DNA from: Chthoniobacteraceae bacterium
GTDB taxonomy: Bacteria > Verrucomicrobiota > Verrucomicrobiia > Chthoniobacterales > Chthoniobacteraceae
DNA length: 41,504 bases
Reading direction: 5' to 3'
Assembly (NCBI GenBank): GCA_031409655.1
Contig: JANNXQ010000019.1
Location: 1-41,504 of the forward strand
Part shown: positions 1 through 9,969 of the stretch, one piece after another
How positions within the stretch are numbered: the stretch's first letter is position 1
How the letters are laid out: each line of letters begins with the position of its first letter
Notes under the pieces: generated by a model
Told to the model about the DNA's origin: nothing
What the model saw: only the letters and a program-made list of their open reading frames with translations
Database searches by the model: none
Made by a program: the position numbers and the translations under genes

Positions 1-1212
1 GCGCAGGAAGGCGAGCGCGTCGGTGAAGGTGCGGCAGCTCCCGCGGCCGAGTTGACCGGCCACCCAGCGCAGAAGCAGCGGCTTGCCGGCGGTCTGGGTG
101 TAGAGGGCGATGCGCTCGGCTTCGCTGGTGCGGGCGAGCAGCGGATGGCGCCGGGCGAGTTCGGCAAGGGTGGCGAGCGCGGCGTTCTGGTCGAGCTTTT
201 CGAGGATGAGTTCCTCGGAGCCGGAGCCGATGCGGCGGCGGCTGGTGAGGATGGCCTTGCAGCCCGGCGGCAGGCGTTTGACGAAGGTGAAAAGCTGGTC
301 GCGGTCGGTCTTGGGGAGGGATTCGAGATTATCGAGGATAAGCAGCGCCTGCGCGGGGCGGAGCGCGTCGAGCAGGAGCCGGATGCGCTGGTCCTCGGGG
401 GACTTCGCGATGTCAGGCTGGCCCAGCTCGCGGGCGAGTTCATTGAGCATCTCCAGGAAGCCCGGCACGAGGAGGTTGCCGAGCGGGCGCTCGCCGTCGT
501 CGTCCAGCTCGCGGTCCTTCACGGAGACGAAGACGATGCGCTGGAAGAGGCCGGGCGGGCAGTCGTAGGCGGCGCGGACGGCGAGGGAGGTCTTGCCCAT
601 GCCGCCCGGGCCATCGATGAGCGCGCCCCAGGTGCGCGAGGCGGGATCGAGGGCTTCGCGGATGGTGGCGAGTTCGGCGGCGCGGCCGAAGAAGGGCTGG
701 AGGCGGGGGAGGTTGTTGGGGGTGGAGGTGGAAGGATGAAGGATGAAGGATGAGGGCTGAAGTGGCAGCGAGTGCTCCTTGGGGTGGCCTTCGTTGAGGG
801 CAAGGCGTTCGAGGATGAGGGTGGCGGCTTGTTCGGGGGTTTTGTGGTCGAGTTCGATGAAGCCGGCGGCGGGCGAAAGGCCGTCGGCATTTGCCTGCTC
901 GAACCGGCAGGGCATGATGCGATGTCCATCGCCCTTGGTCAGGAGGCCGCAGATGTGGAGCCATTCCCAGCCCGTCCATCGTTTTTGGTCGTAGTCGCGG
1001 CAGAGCACCGGGACGATGAGGTCTGACTGCTCACCGTAGAGCTTGGGCAGATAGATGCCGAGATCGTACCGGGCGAATTCCGCTTCGTGGAACTTATCGT
1101 AGAGAATCGCTGATTCGCCGAACTGCTTCGCGAGGATCGCGGCAACTTGCGCGACGAAGTCCCGCTTTTCCCCTGCGAAGGAGAACGCGATGCGGAAGCG
1201 TTTGGCGCTCAT
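1..1212 (-). CDS. TIR domain + NB-ARC (STAND) NTPase protein, 3' end runs off the window
   Basis: Manual translation from ATG at 1212 (absent from the ORF track because there is no stop in the window). MSAKRFRIAFSFAGEKRDFVAQVA...WTGWEW is TIR-like. It is followed by FFGRAAEL, Walker A GPGGMGKT, Walker B LLILDNLES, ILTSRR and GKPLLL. Confidence 0.85.
   Translation of the reverse strand, partial: MSAKRFRIAFSFAGEKRDFVAQVAAILAKQFGESAILYDKFHEAEFARYDLGIYLPKLYGEQSDLIVPVLCRDYDQKRWTGWEWLHICGLLTKGDGHRIMPCRFEQANADGLSPAAGFIELDHKTPEQAATLILERLALNEGHPKEHSLPLQPSSFILHPSTSTPNNLPRLQPFFGRAAELATIREALDPASRTWGALIDGPGGMGKTSLAVRAAYDCPPGLFQRIVFVSVKDRELDDDGERPLGNLLVPGFLEMLNELARELGQPDIAKSPEDQRIRLLLDALRPAQALLILDNLESLPKTDRDQLFTFVKRLPPGCKAILTSRRRIGSGSEELILEKLDQNAALATLAELARRHPLLARTSEAERIALYTQTAGKPLLLRWVAGQLGRGSCRTFTDALAFLR
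731..762 (+). repeat. Heptamer tandem repeat (GAAGGAT)x3 plus a degenerate unit, in the TIR/NB-ARC linker
   Basis: gaaggat gaaggat gaaggat gagggct gaag; encodes LQPSSFILHPS on the minus strand. Confidence 0.8.
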
Positions 1213-1548
1213 AGAGGGGGAAGTGCCGAGTGTTCGTGTCGCAGCCATGAGGTCGCCGAAAGTTTTGTGGATCGTGTCAATCCCTCTGCCCTCCGCCCAG
1301 CGAAAACGCGCGCACGACGAGAGCGGCGCGTGCGAGTCCGAAGAGGTGGGCGAAACGGAGACGACTGCTCAAACGGGACAACGAGCGCTGGATCCAACTT
1401 CACATTTACGACGCGCCTCCGGGGTGCGAGACGTTTTTCGCATTGATCCGGGGGTTTCGCTCGTTCCTCGCTTCACCTGCAATTAGTCTCCAATGTCTCT
1501 TCGGGACGTTCTCCCGTGGACCATTCGTCGCAAACCAGCTTTCACAAA

Positions 1549-2949
1549 ATGTCGCTCCCGTCCGCTCTCCTGCGCTGCATCTCCCCGGTCGATGGTTCGG
1601 TCTATGCAGAACGGCCGTTTCACACGGACACTGAAGTCGATGCGGCGCTCGATCGGGCGGCTCGCGCGCAGCGGCTTTGGAAAAGAGCGTCCATCAGGGA
1701 GCGGGCGGAGTTCTGCACCGCGGCAGTCGATGCGATGCTCGCCATGGGCGACGACATCGTGCCGGAACTCGCGTGGCAGATGGGGCGTCCGGTGAAGTAT
1801 GGGCGCGGCGAACTGCGCGGCTTTGAGGAGCGGGCAAGGCACATGATCGCCATCGCGGAGGAAGCGCTGCGCGATCTCCAGCCGGGGAACAGCGACGATA
1901 TCGAGCGCTTCATCCGTCGCGAACCGCTGGGCACGGTCTTCCTGATCGCGCCTTGGAACTACCCCTATCTGACCGCGGTCAATTCTGTGATCCCGGCACT
2001 GATGGCTGGGAACGCCGTCATCCTCAAGCACTCCGCGCAGACCCTGCTCGTGGGGGAGCGATTTCAGATGGCCTTCGATCGCGCGGGGCTGCCTGCGGGA
2101 TTGTTTCAAAACCTCCGGCTCGATCACGAGCAGGCGAAGCGCGTCATCCAGAGCGGCAGGATTCAGCAGGTGAACTTCACCGGGTCCGTGGAAGGCGGGC
2201 GGATGATGGAGCGCGCCGCTGCCGGATTTTTCCTCGGCATGGGACTGGAGTTGGGTGGAAAAGATCCGGCCTACGTCCGCGCGGATTGTGATTTGCAGTC
2301 AGCCATCGAGAACCTTTCCGATGGCGCGTTCTTCAATTCCGGCCAGTCCTGCTGCGGCATTGAGCGGATCTATGTGGCGGAGCCGTTGTTCGATACCTTC
2401 GTTGCGGGCGTCGTCGCCTTCGCGAAGCAATATGTGCTCGGCAATCCGCTCGATCCGGCGACGACGCTTGGTCCGATGATCGGGGCGCAGAGTGCGGACT
2501 TTGTGCGCGGGCAGATCGAAGCGGCGGTGCGGGCCGGAGCCAAGGCCCACATTGATCAAGGTGCGTATGCGCTGGATGCCAAAGGTTCCGCTTATCTCTC
2601 GCCGCAGGTGCTCACGGCGGTGAATCACACGATGTCGGTCATGACTGAGGAAAGTTTCGGCCCCGTGGTCGGCATTATGCCGGTGAAGGACGATGCCGAA
2701 GCCATCGCGCTGATGAATGACTCGCGCTTCGGCCTGACCGCTGGCATCTGGACACGCGATGCCGGTGCGGCGCGTGACATCGGTTCGCAACTGGAGACGG
2801 GCACGGTGTTCATGAATCGCTGCGACTACCTCGATCCCGCGCTCGCCTGGACTGGCGTGAAGGAAACTGGACGCGGCGTGAGCCTTTCGCGGGTCGGTTA
2901 CGAAACTCTGACCCGGCCCAAGTCCTTTCATCTTCGTTACTCCAAGTAA
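1549..2949 (+). CDS. NAD(P)-dependent aldehyde dehydrogenase
   Basis: PWNYP, FTGS, LELGGKDP, NSGQSCC and EESFGPV motifs; ATG at 1549 preferred over GTG at 1516. Confidence 0.93.
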   Translation: MSLPSALLRCISPVDGSVYAERPFHTDTEVDAALDRAARAQRLWKRASIRERAEFCTAAVDAMLAMGDDIVPELAWQMGRPVKYGRGELRGFEERARHMIAIAEEALRDLQPGNSDDIERFIRREPLGTVFLIAPWNYPYLTAVNSVIPALMAGNAVILKHSAQTLLVGERFQMAFDRAGLPAGLFQNLRLDHEQAKRVIQSGRIQQVNFTGSVEGGRMMERAAAGFFLGMGLELGGKDPAYVRADCDLQSAIENLSDGAFFNSGQSCCGIERIYVAEPLFDTFVAGVVAFAKQYVLGNPLDPATTLGPMIGAQSADFVRGQIEAAVRAGAKAHIDQGAYALDAKGSAYLSPQVLTAVNHTMSVMTEESFGPVVGIMPVKDDAEAIALMNDSRFGLTAGIWTRDAGAARDIGSQLETGTVFMNRCDYLDPALAWTGVKETGRGVSLSRVGYETLTRPKSFHLRYSK

Positions 2950-2958
2950 TCCCTTCCC

Positions 2959-4128
2959 ATGACTCAGACCGCCAACTGGAACTACCCGACCAAAGTGCGC
3001 TTCGGCGCGGGTCGCATTCGGGAACTCGCCGACGCCTGCCACAGTCTGGGCATCGAGCGTCCGCTGCTCGTCACCGATCCCGGACTCGCGCGCCTGCCGA
3101 TGATCGCCAGCGCCGTCGAGCAATGCCGGGCCGCCGGTCTTGGCGTCGCCGTTTTTTCCGAGGTCAAAGGGAACCCGACCGAACACAATGTCGCGGACGG
3201 ACTCGCCGCGCTCCGAGCAGGCCAGCACGATGGCGTTATCGCCTTCGGCGGGGGCTCCGCGCTCGATGTGGGAAAGGTCGTCGCCTTCATGGCCGGACAA
3301 ACCCGGCCGATGTGGGACTTCGAGGACATCGGCGACTGGTGGACCCGCGCCGATCCGGCGGGCATCCTGCCCATCGTTGCCGTACCCACCACCGCCGGCA
3401 CCGGTTCCGAAGTAGGCCGCGCGGGTGTGATCAGTCAGCATGGCACCCATTGCAAAAAGGTGATTTTTCATCCGCTCATGCTGCCCGGCTTGGTCATCAG
3501 CGATCCCGAACTTTGTGTAGGTCTGCCTTCCAATTTGACGGCATGGACGGGAATGGACGCGCTGGCCCATTGTTTTGAAGCTTATTGCGCGAAGGGCTTT
3601 CATCCGATGGCCGACGGTATCGCGCTGGAAGGCATCGCGCTCGTTGGTCGCTACCTTCAGAGCGTCGTCGAGAATGGCTCCGATTTGGAAGCCCGCGGGG
3701 GAATGCTCGCCGCCGCCTCCATGGGTGCCGCCGCGTTTCAAAAAGGGCTCGGGGCCATCCACGCGCTCTCTCATCCGGTCGGTGCGCTTTACGACAGCCA
3801 CCACGGCCTCACGAACGCGATCTTCATTCCGTATGTGATGGCCTTCAACCGTCGCGCCATCGAGACCAAGTGTGAACTTATCGCTCGTTACCTGGGCCTG
3901 CCCGAGCCATCGTTCGACGCGCTGCTGCATTGGGTCATCGCCCTCCGCGTCGCGCTGAACATTCCACACACGCTGAAAGGTATCGTTGCAGATGACACCC
4001 GCTTCGAGGAACTGGCGCGCATGGCCGTCGTCGATCCCACCGCCGGCGGCAACCCGATCGAACTTACCGAGGCCCATTGCCTTGAGCTCTATCGTCAATC
4101 ATTCGAAGGCATCGTGCCGACATCGTGA
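2959..4128 (+). CDS. Iron-containing alcohol dehydrogenase
   Basis: GGGSALD, PTTAGTGSE, DALAHCFE, HALSH and HHG metal-binding motifs. Confidence 0.93.
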   Translation: MTQTANWNYPTKVRFGAGRIRELADACHSLGIERPLLVTDPGLARLPMIASAVEQCRAAGLGVAVFSEVKGNPTEHNVADGLAALRAGQHDGVIAFGGGSALDVGKVVAFMAGQTRPMWDFEDIGDWWTRADPAGILPIVAVPTTAGTGSEVGRAGVISQHGTHCKKVIFHPLMLPGLVISDPELCVGLPSNLTAWTGMDALAHCFEAYCAKGFHPMADGIALEGIALVGRYLQSVVENGSDLEARGGMLAAASMGAAAFQKGLGAIHALSHPVGALYDSHHGLTNAIFIPYVMAFNRRAIETKCELIARYLGLPEPSFDALLHWVIALRVALNIPHTLKGIVADDTRFEELARMAVVDPTAGGNPIELTEAHCLELYRQSFEGIVPTS

Positions 4129-4256
4129 GCCACCTGCCCGCTCCGCGAGCCGCTAAGTGAACGACCAGCGACGATCCCAGTTTTTCTCCGTATCTCCATG
4201 ACGAAGCAGGGAGGACCCTCACAGCCTTTTAGTACTGAGCGGTGGTCGCCGCCTGG

Positions 4257-7200
4257 TTATTGCTCCCTGGCGCGAGCCAGAGCCGTGTCGTATTGGCGGG
4301 TGAGAAAATCGTAGAGGACCATTTCGTGGGCGCGCTGACCGGAGCGCAGCAGGCGGTTCGCGTGCATGTGGAGATAGCTCGGCGCGAGTTCCGCGATCGG
4401 GATGGCCAGCCGGCCGGCGGCCTCGCACGCTTTCAACTCCGCGATGATCGGGGCCAGCTTGGTTGAGCGGTGGCGGAGGATTTCAAAACCGGGCGCAAGG
4501 GCGTGGTCGGCATCGGAAGCTGATGAGAGCAGGGCTTCCAAGCTCTGGCGCTCCTTGCGGTAGCGCTCGCTGAGCTGGGCTTTGAGCTTGGTGTCCGCGC
4601 GGAACTCGCGGGCGAAAGCCGCGCGCACGCTGTCGAGCACGGCGAACTTCCCCGGCAAATCGAGCCCGAGGTCCGTGAGCAGGGCATCCATGCCGCGCAG
4701 CGCGAGGCGCCAGCGTTCGTCGAGTCCGGCATCGCCTGACTCCACCAGATCGAGGATTTCGAGGACGGCTTCGCTGTCGATCTGGAAGAGCTGCTCCGCG
4801 AGTAACGTGCCTTCGTCGCCGCCGTAACGCTCGACTTCCCGCTCGTAGGTATCGAACTGCACGCGCCAGAGCTGGCCACGGTGCAGGAGCGGATGCACGG
4901 CGCGTTCGACGGCGGGCAGCACTTCTCCGCGCAACCGCTCCGGGTCGCCGTGAAAGCGCACCCGCAGATGGTGTTCGGGATCGGCGTAGCGGATGAAAAA
5001 CCAACGATTCGCCGCGCCCGCGCCGAGCACCTCGGCGACCAGCGGATGGATCACCTCGCGCAGCACTTCGTCCGCAGTCGCGGTGCCGGTATAGAGCTTG
5101 GCGTAGAGCCATTCCGAGCCGGGCGGGAAAGTGCGCGGCGCCGGCGAGCGCGCGCTCCCGCGGCGGGCCGTGCCGGGAACGTGCGGATGGATCGCGTTGC
5201 CGGGCTCGGCGCTGGCGGGTGCGGTGCGAATGAATGGCACGACGAACTCATGGACGTAGCGGCCTTCGGGTCCGCAGGCAATGAGCAGATCCGGCGCGGG
5301 AAATACTTCGACCAGCGTGGCCTCGTCGCGTCCCTTCACGCGATCCACGAAGGTCTCGACGCAGAGGACGTTGTCGAGATCGAGCGGGAGATGATTGTCG
5401 AAATCGGTCAGCGCGACGTAACGCGGCAGCCGCCGCGCGGTGCGCCACACCTGCAAGGCGCGGAATCGTTCCGCGCCATGCTTCACGCCCAGCGAGTGGA
5501 GCTCATCTTTGGTCGCGTTCCATTGGGCGCGGGCGAGCACCACTTTCCCCGCCGAGACGCGGGGCAGAAACGGCGCACGCTGGAGGATGCCCCAGTCCCA
5601 GCCGAGCGAGGCGGTTCCTTGCATCTGCAGCGCGCACAGGAATCTGTAGGTCGGCAGACTATTCCACGCGTAATTGTGCGCGCTGGTCAGCCGCGGAATG
5701 ACTTCGCGGTCGAGACGCGCGGAGAAGAGCGCGAGACGTCCATCGCGCACGGCGAGGCGCAGATCGGTGATGGGAAGCTGCTGCTCCGGGGTGGCGCCGG
5801 AGTGGCCGAGGTAGGGAATTTCATGCGCGCGCAGCACCGGTCGCGCGAGGATATTGCCGAGCCGGCCTTCCGGCAGGTGGACGATCTCCGCAAACACCGC
5901 CTCGGGATGCAGCGCTTCCTCCGCGCGCAAGTAGCGCTCGACCTGGCGGTGCAGCTCCGGATCGGCGTGGCAGAAGCGACCGAGCAGCGCCGCGCCGGAG
6001 GGTCCGCGCACCTCGCCCAGGAGCACGCGAAAATCGCCGGTCACGAGCGCCGCCTCGGAAGCCGCGGCCACCGTCGCCATGACCGCAAAGGAATCCGGCA
6101 GCGCGGGCGATTCCTTTGCCGCCATCTCGTCCAGGTCCTTGCTGCCGAGCAGGATTTCCGAGCTGCTGTTTGCGAGCGCCTCGGCCAGTTTGCGCAGCAG
6201 CAGATTTTCGCGCGCGTCCCAGCGCGCAGTGCCGTCTTTGTCGCGGGGAAACGTCAGACCCTTGAGCAGCGGCGAGGTTTCACCGCCGCGCGCGACGGGA
6301 AAGCCGAGGCCCGTTTCGCCATCCAGCGCCTCGACCAGCGGGACGAGCCGGCCCTCATACCGCGTCGCGAAAGCCTCGCGAAAACGCGCGAGTTCATCGC
6401 TGGCCGGCGGGAGCGGACGGGCGAGCCGGTGCAGGAGTTCGACGCCGCGGTTGAGTTCGGCGAGGACCTGGCCGCCGAGGGTCAGCGTGGCGGCGGGCTT
6501 GACCATCTCCACCTGCACGAGCCGGGAGATTTCGACCTTCGCCGGCAAGTCCGCGAGCACCGCGGCCACCGCGCGGTAGCGCTCGGGCGGATGGCCCAGG
6601 CCCGCCGCATCCAGCGACTCAAGCGTGGCGTGGATCTGCTCCAGCGCGCGAGTCGCGGTGGCCAGCGCGGGATGCGGGGAAAACTGCGCGGTGAGCGCGT
6701 GGATCGGCTCCGGTCCCGTGACCGCGAGCGCGATGTCGGGCATCAGGATCTGGCTCTCGATCAGCCCGGCGACGTATTCCTCCGCTTCCGCCGAGGTGAT
6801 CTCTTTATCCACCAGCGCGGCCGCCAAATCGGCACAGGTGGCGCCGTCGCGGGCTCGCGTCAGCGTGGCTTCCAGAAGGTCGGACACCTCGACCGCGACG
6901 AGGTGATAGGAACGCTCTTTGCCTTCCATCTTCGACTCGGCGTAACGCATGCGGCCCGCGGCGCGATAGAGGCTGGAATTCGGCCGGTAGGTGAAGATCG
7001 GGCGCAGCCCCGGATCGGCAGCGAGCAGGCCGGTGAGCGCGGCGAGGTAGTCCATGTCCAGCCGCGTGTGACGCCGCCACTCGGCGCGGCTGGCGAGCGT
7101 GATTTTCGTCGCGGCACCGATCGTCCCGACCGAGCAGCCCGCACAGAGCCCGAAGGGCGTGGCCCGGCCGGCCATGCGTAGAAAGTAACGCACCAGCGCC

Positions 7201-7514
7201 TGCTCGATGCCGCGTCCGCGTTCACTTTCCGGCTCGCGTTCCCACAGCCCGAAGCTCGCCTCCAGATCGGGCGAGGCCACAAACAAGGCTTCGCGCACTT
7301 CCGCCCGCACCATGGCCGCATGCAGACGCGACCGGAGTCGGGAGCGATCCGCGGCGAGCGCTGGATCGAGCCGCTCGGCATCGTGCAACGCCGCGGGAGC
7401 TTCCAGTCCATCGCTCCACGCGAGCAGTTCATCGAAGGGCAACAGCGGGGTGCGCAGGGCGAAGAAATCCGCGGAAATGAATGCCGGGAGTTTCCGGCTT
7501 TTGGACGCGGCCAT
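4257..7514 (-). CDS. lanB: Class I lanthipeptide dehydratase LanB (glutamylation + elimination domains)
   Basis: LRTPLLP, RYFLRMAGRATPFG, GRFCH, PRLTSAHNY, PFLPRV; C-terminal FPPGSEWLYAKLY...WFFIRYADPEHHLRVRF...YEREVERYGG...SYLHMHANRL. ATG at 7514 lies just after the lanC stop (1085 aa). Confidence 0.95.
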   Translation of the reverse strand: MAASKSRKLPAFISADFFALRTPLLPFDELLAWSDGLEAPAALHDAERLDPALAADRSRLRSRLHAAMVRAEVREALFVASPDLEASFGLWEREPESERGRGIEQALVRYFLRMAGRATPFGLCAGCSVGTIGAATKITLASRAEWRRHTRLDMDYLAALTGLLAADPGLRPIFTYRPNSSLYRAAGRMRYAESKMEGKERSYHLVAVEVSDLLEATLTRARDGATCADLAAALVDKEITSAEAEEYVAGLIESQILMPDIALAVTGPEPIHALTAQFSPHPALATATRALEQIHATLESLDAAGLGHPPERYRAVAAVLADLPAKVEISRLVQVEMVKPAATLTLGGQVLAELNRGVELLHRLARPLPPASDELARFREAFATRYEGRLVPLVEALDGETGLGFPVARGGETSPLLKGLTFPRDKDGTARWDARENLLLRKLAEALANSSSEILLGSKDLDEMAAKESPALPDSFAVMATVAAASEAALVTGDFRVLLGEVRGPSGAALLGRFCHADPELHRQVERYLRAEEALHPEAVFAEIVHLPEGRLGNILARPVLRAHEIPYLGHSGATPEQQLPITDLRLAVRDGRLALFSARLDREVIPRLTSAHNYAWNSLPTYRFLCALQMQGTASLGWDWGILQRAPFLPRVSAGKVVLARAQWNATKDELHSLGVKHGAERFRALQVWRTARRLPRYVALTDFDNHLPLDLDNVLCVETFVDRVKGRDEATLVEVFPAPDLLIACGPEGRYVHEFVVPFIRTAPASAEPGNAIHPHVPGTARRGSARSPAPRTFPPGSEWLYAKLYTGTATADEVLREVIHPLVAEVLGAGAANRWFFIRYADPEHHLRVRFHGDPERLRGEVLPAVERAVHPLLHRGQLWRVQFDTYEREVERYGGDEGTLLAEQLFQIDSEAVLEILDLVESGDAGLDERWRLALRGMDALLTDLGLDLPGKFAVLDSVRAAFAREFRADTKLKAQLSERYRKERQSLEALLSSASDADHALAPGFEILRHRSTKLAPIIAELKACEAAGRLAIPIAELAPSYLHMHANRLLRSGQRAHEMVLYDFLTRQYDTALARAREQ

Positions 7515-7516
7515 GA

Positions 7517-8854
7517 TCACGCGATCTTCTCCGCGGGGATAGACGCGAGCAACATCCGATCCCACTCCGGCTCGCGTTCCGTGGTCGCCGCGAGGAGCGC
7601 GAGCGCCACGCCCGCCGCGCCTTCGAGGAGGCCCCGCTCCGCCACCCAGCGCACTTCGCGGGGCCGCTCGGGATCGGGCATCATCGCGGAGAAGCCGGCG
7701 ATGCTCTGGTCCGGTTGCCGCATCGCCAGAGCGCGCGCCAACCAGCCGCGCGCGGCAACCCCGAGCGTCTCGTCACCCGTGGCCTGGAAGAGGCGGTTGA
7801 AGAGATGGCCCACCCCGGCCGCGCCGTGGCAGAGGCCGCAGTCCACCACCCCGGATTGTTCCGCAGGACGAGCGGCGGCGCGGTGCGCGATGCGCAAGGC
7901 TTCGCGTTCCCAAGCCGGCTCCCGCGCACCACGGGCGGCCTGGAGCAGCGCCACCGCGACCCCGAGATCGCCGTAGCACCACGCCAGCCGCGCGGGCGTT
8001 GGCGAAATGCCCGGTCCGACCCAATAGGGAAAACTTTGCGCGCGATCATCGGGCTCCTGGGCGAGCAACCACGCCACCGCGCCGTCGAGAAGCGCGCGGG
8101 CTTTTTGGCGGGGACCGTCCAGTCCCTCATCGCCGCGCGCACCCACCTGACCGAGCAGCGCAATCACGCCCGGCACGCCGTGCGCCAATCCGACGTCGTA
8201 ATAACCCTCGGGATACTCTTCGCACTGCTCGGACGGGAGCCGCTCGGGCGCGGTGCGCCAGGTGATTCCCCCAGCGGTGCGTTCCGCCAATCCATCCAGA
8301 CCATCCACCACCAACGCGAGGCCCGTGACGCCCGCTGGCTGCGGCAGGCGTTCCAGCGCATAGCATCCGAAGCCCACCAGGCCACTGACGAGGTCATAGT
8401 CCCCACGCCAGGGCGATTGGAGGAGGAGTTCGCGCAGCGCGGCGTCCACGGCCGCGTTGGGATCGTCTTCGCCGGCCTCGAAAAGCCGCCCCTCCAGATG
8501 CGCCACGGCCCAGGCCGTGCCAGTGAAGCCGCCAAAAAGCCCGGGCGTGCTCCGCGCAGCGCCGACCGCCTCGACCGCCTCATTCAGAAAATCCACGGCG
8601 CTTTCCTCCGCCGCGTCCACCAGCCCGGATTCGGCGAGGCTGGCGTAAAACACGGCGAGCCCCGCGCATCCACCTGCGAGCGAGCCAGCGGCCCTTTCCT
8701 CCGGAAGCAAGACCGCCCGCGGCTGCCGCAGCGCCTGGGCGATCGCCAGGATCACCTCGCGGGCCTGCGCTCCCACCTCGCCATCGAGGATCGGCACCCA
8801 CGATCCGCCCGGATTTTTCGGAGCGCTTGAAGGCGTGGGCTGAATGTCTCTCAT
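7517..8854 (-). CDS. lanC: Lanthionine cyclase LanC
   Basis: YDLVSG, GLAHGVPG, AWCYGDLG and GLCHGAAG; the Zn-ligand Cys/Cys/His residues are present. Confidence 0.95.
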   Translation of the reverse strand: MRDIQPTPSSAPKNPGGSWVPILDGEVGAQAREVILAIAQALRQPRAVLLPEERAAGSLAGGCAGLAVFYASLAESGLVDAAEESAVDFLNEAVEAVGAARSTPGLFGGFTGTAWAVAHLEGRLFEAGEDDPNAAVDAALRELLLQSPWRGDYDLVSGLVGFGCYALERLPQPAGVTGLALVVDGLDGLAERTAGGITWRTAPERLPSEQCEEYPEGYYDVGLAHGVPGVIALLGQVGARGDEGLDGPRQKARALLDGAVAWLLAQEPDDRAQSFPYWVGPGISPTPARLAWCYGDLGVAVALLQAARGAREPAWEREALRIAHRAAARPAEQSGVVDCGLCHGAAGVGHLFNRLFQATGDETLGVAARGWLARALAMRQPDQSIAGFSAMMPDPERPREVRWVAERGLLEGAAGVALALLAATTEREPEWDRMLLASIPAEKIA

Positions 8855-8893
8855 TGCCGGGGAATCAGCGGCAGCATCGGTTTCCTCCTCGCC

Positions 8894-9754
8894 CTACGCC
8901 AGCAGCTCGGCCCGGCCCTCGTTCAGCCGCGCCAGGTCGATGAGATACTGCTCCTCCTCCGCGTCGAGCGGCCCTTCCTCCAGAGCGGCGGCCAGGCCTG
9001 CGACCTCCTCCGGCGTCGTGGGTGAGCAGAGCAGCCCGTCGAGTTCGGGCCGCGTGAGGGCAAAGCGGTGATAGTCCGTCACCCGCGGTTGCCAGTGATC
9101 GTCGTTCAGGCCCAGCTTCGCAAAGCGCTCCGGCGCCACGAAGCCGTGGGTGTTGGTGAAGTTGTAGAGCAAGGTTGCGCGCCGTTTTTCGAGGTGGGGG
9201 AAGACATCGTGCCGCGCGCCGGGGTGCGCCGGGTTGTAGCGGAGAAAGGCGAGATCGACCAGGCCGTGATTGACCGCGAGCAGCGCCGCCTCACGGTCGT
9301 GAAAAGACGCGCCAATGGCCCGGACTCCGGCGAAACCGCGCCGACGATGCTCCTGATACACCGGCAGCCGGGTCAGAAACTCGTGCGCATACGCCCCGCC
9401 GGCCACCGCCACGTCCACCGTTTCCAGCCCCGGCACCGCCTCCAAGACTTCCTCCAATCCCATCCAGCAAAACTCGGGCTGCGTCGGATAAATCGAGACC
9501 GCCACCACGATCTGCCTCCGAACCTCGGGGTCACGCGCCAGCAACAGCTCCAAGCCGCGGCGCGACGCTTCATAGTTCGGCCAGTGCAGATCAGCACTGA
9601 GGAAGAAAAAGTTGATCCCGGCATCAAACGCCGCCGCAATGGCCTCCGGAGACCGGACATATCCAAGGCAGAACGGACTAACGCTCAGCCTGGCTCTCCC
9701 CAGGCTGAGACGATCCCTGAATCTGGGCAGTGCGGGGCGCGAGGGTATCGTCAG
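8894..9754 (-). CDS. Aldo/keto-reductase-like oxidoreductase in the RiPP operon (start uncertain)
   Basis: LGRARLSVSPFCLG, AAFDAGINFF and GVRAIGASFH...LRYN resemble AKR TIM-barrel motifs. There is no ATG between the last precursor stop and these motifs, so CTG at 9754 is assumed. Confidence 0.65.
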   Translation of the reverse strand: MTIPSRPALPRFRDRLSLGRARLSVSPFCLGYVRSPEAIAAAFDAGINFFFLSADLHWPNYEASRRGLELLLARDPEVRRQIVVAVSIYPTQPEFCWMGLEEVLEAVPGLETVDVAVAGGAYAHEFLTRLPVYQEHRRRGFAGVRAIGASFHDREAALLAVNHGLVDLAFLRYNPAHPGARHDVFPHLEKRRATLLYNFTNTHGFVAPERFAKLGLNDDHWQPRVTDYHRFALTRPELDGLLCSPTTPEEVAGLAAALEEGPLDAEEEQYLIDLARLNEGRAELLA

Positions 9755-9771
9755 AAAACGGTTGGGGGATG

Positions 9772-9969
9772 TTAGGTGACGATGCTGCTGGCTACGTTGC
9801 TGCCTTTTGACACCACCGCGCCCCCAGAACTCCGCCCGCCTCGAATCGCCCCGGCATCCCGATCCGACAGGTTCTCGACCGTTTCCTTGGTGAGCTTCAG
9901 GCTCTTGATCTTCACTTTGCCTTTGCTCGACGGTGCGGCAGCTTCTTCGTGGATCTTTTTCGTTTTCAT
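9772..9969 (-). CDS. lanA: RiPP precursor A8; core RSSGGAVVSKGSNVASSIVT (Cys-free)
   Basis: 45-aa leader with LKLTKETVENL...IRGG. Confidence 0.85.
   Translation of the reverse strand: MKTKKIHEEAAAPSSKGKVKIKSLKLTKETVENLSDRDAGAIRGGRSSGGAVVSKGSNVASSIVT

Noticed and set aside
1549..4128. ALDH and Fe-ADH as part of the lanthipeptide cluster
   Set aside because: They are convergent to lanB, form a common metabolic gene pair, and show no evident link to peptide modification.
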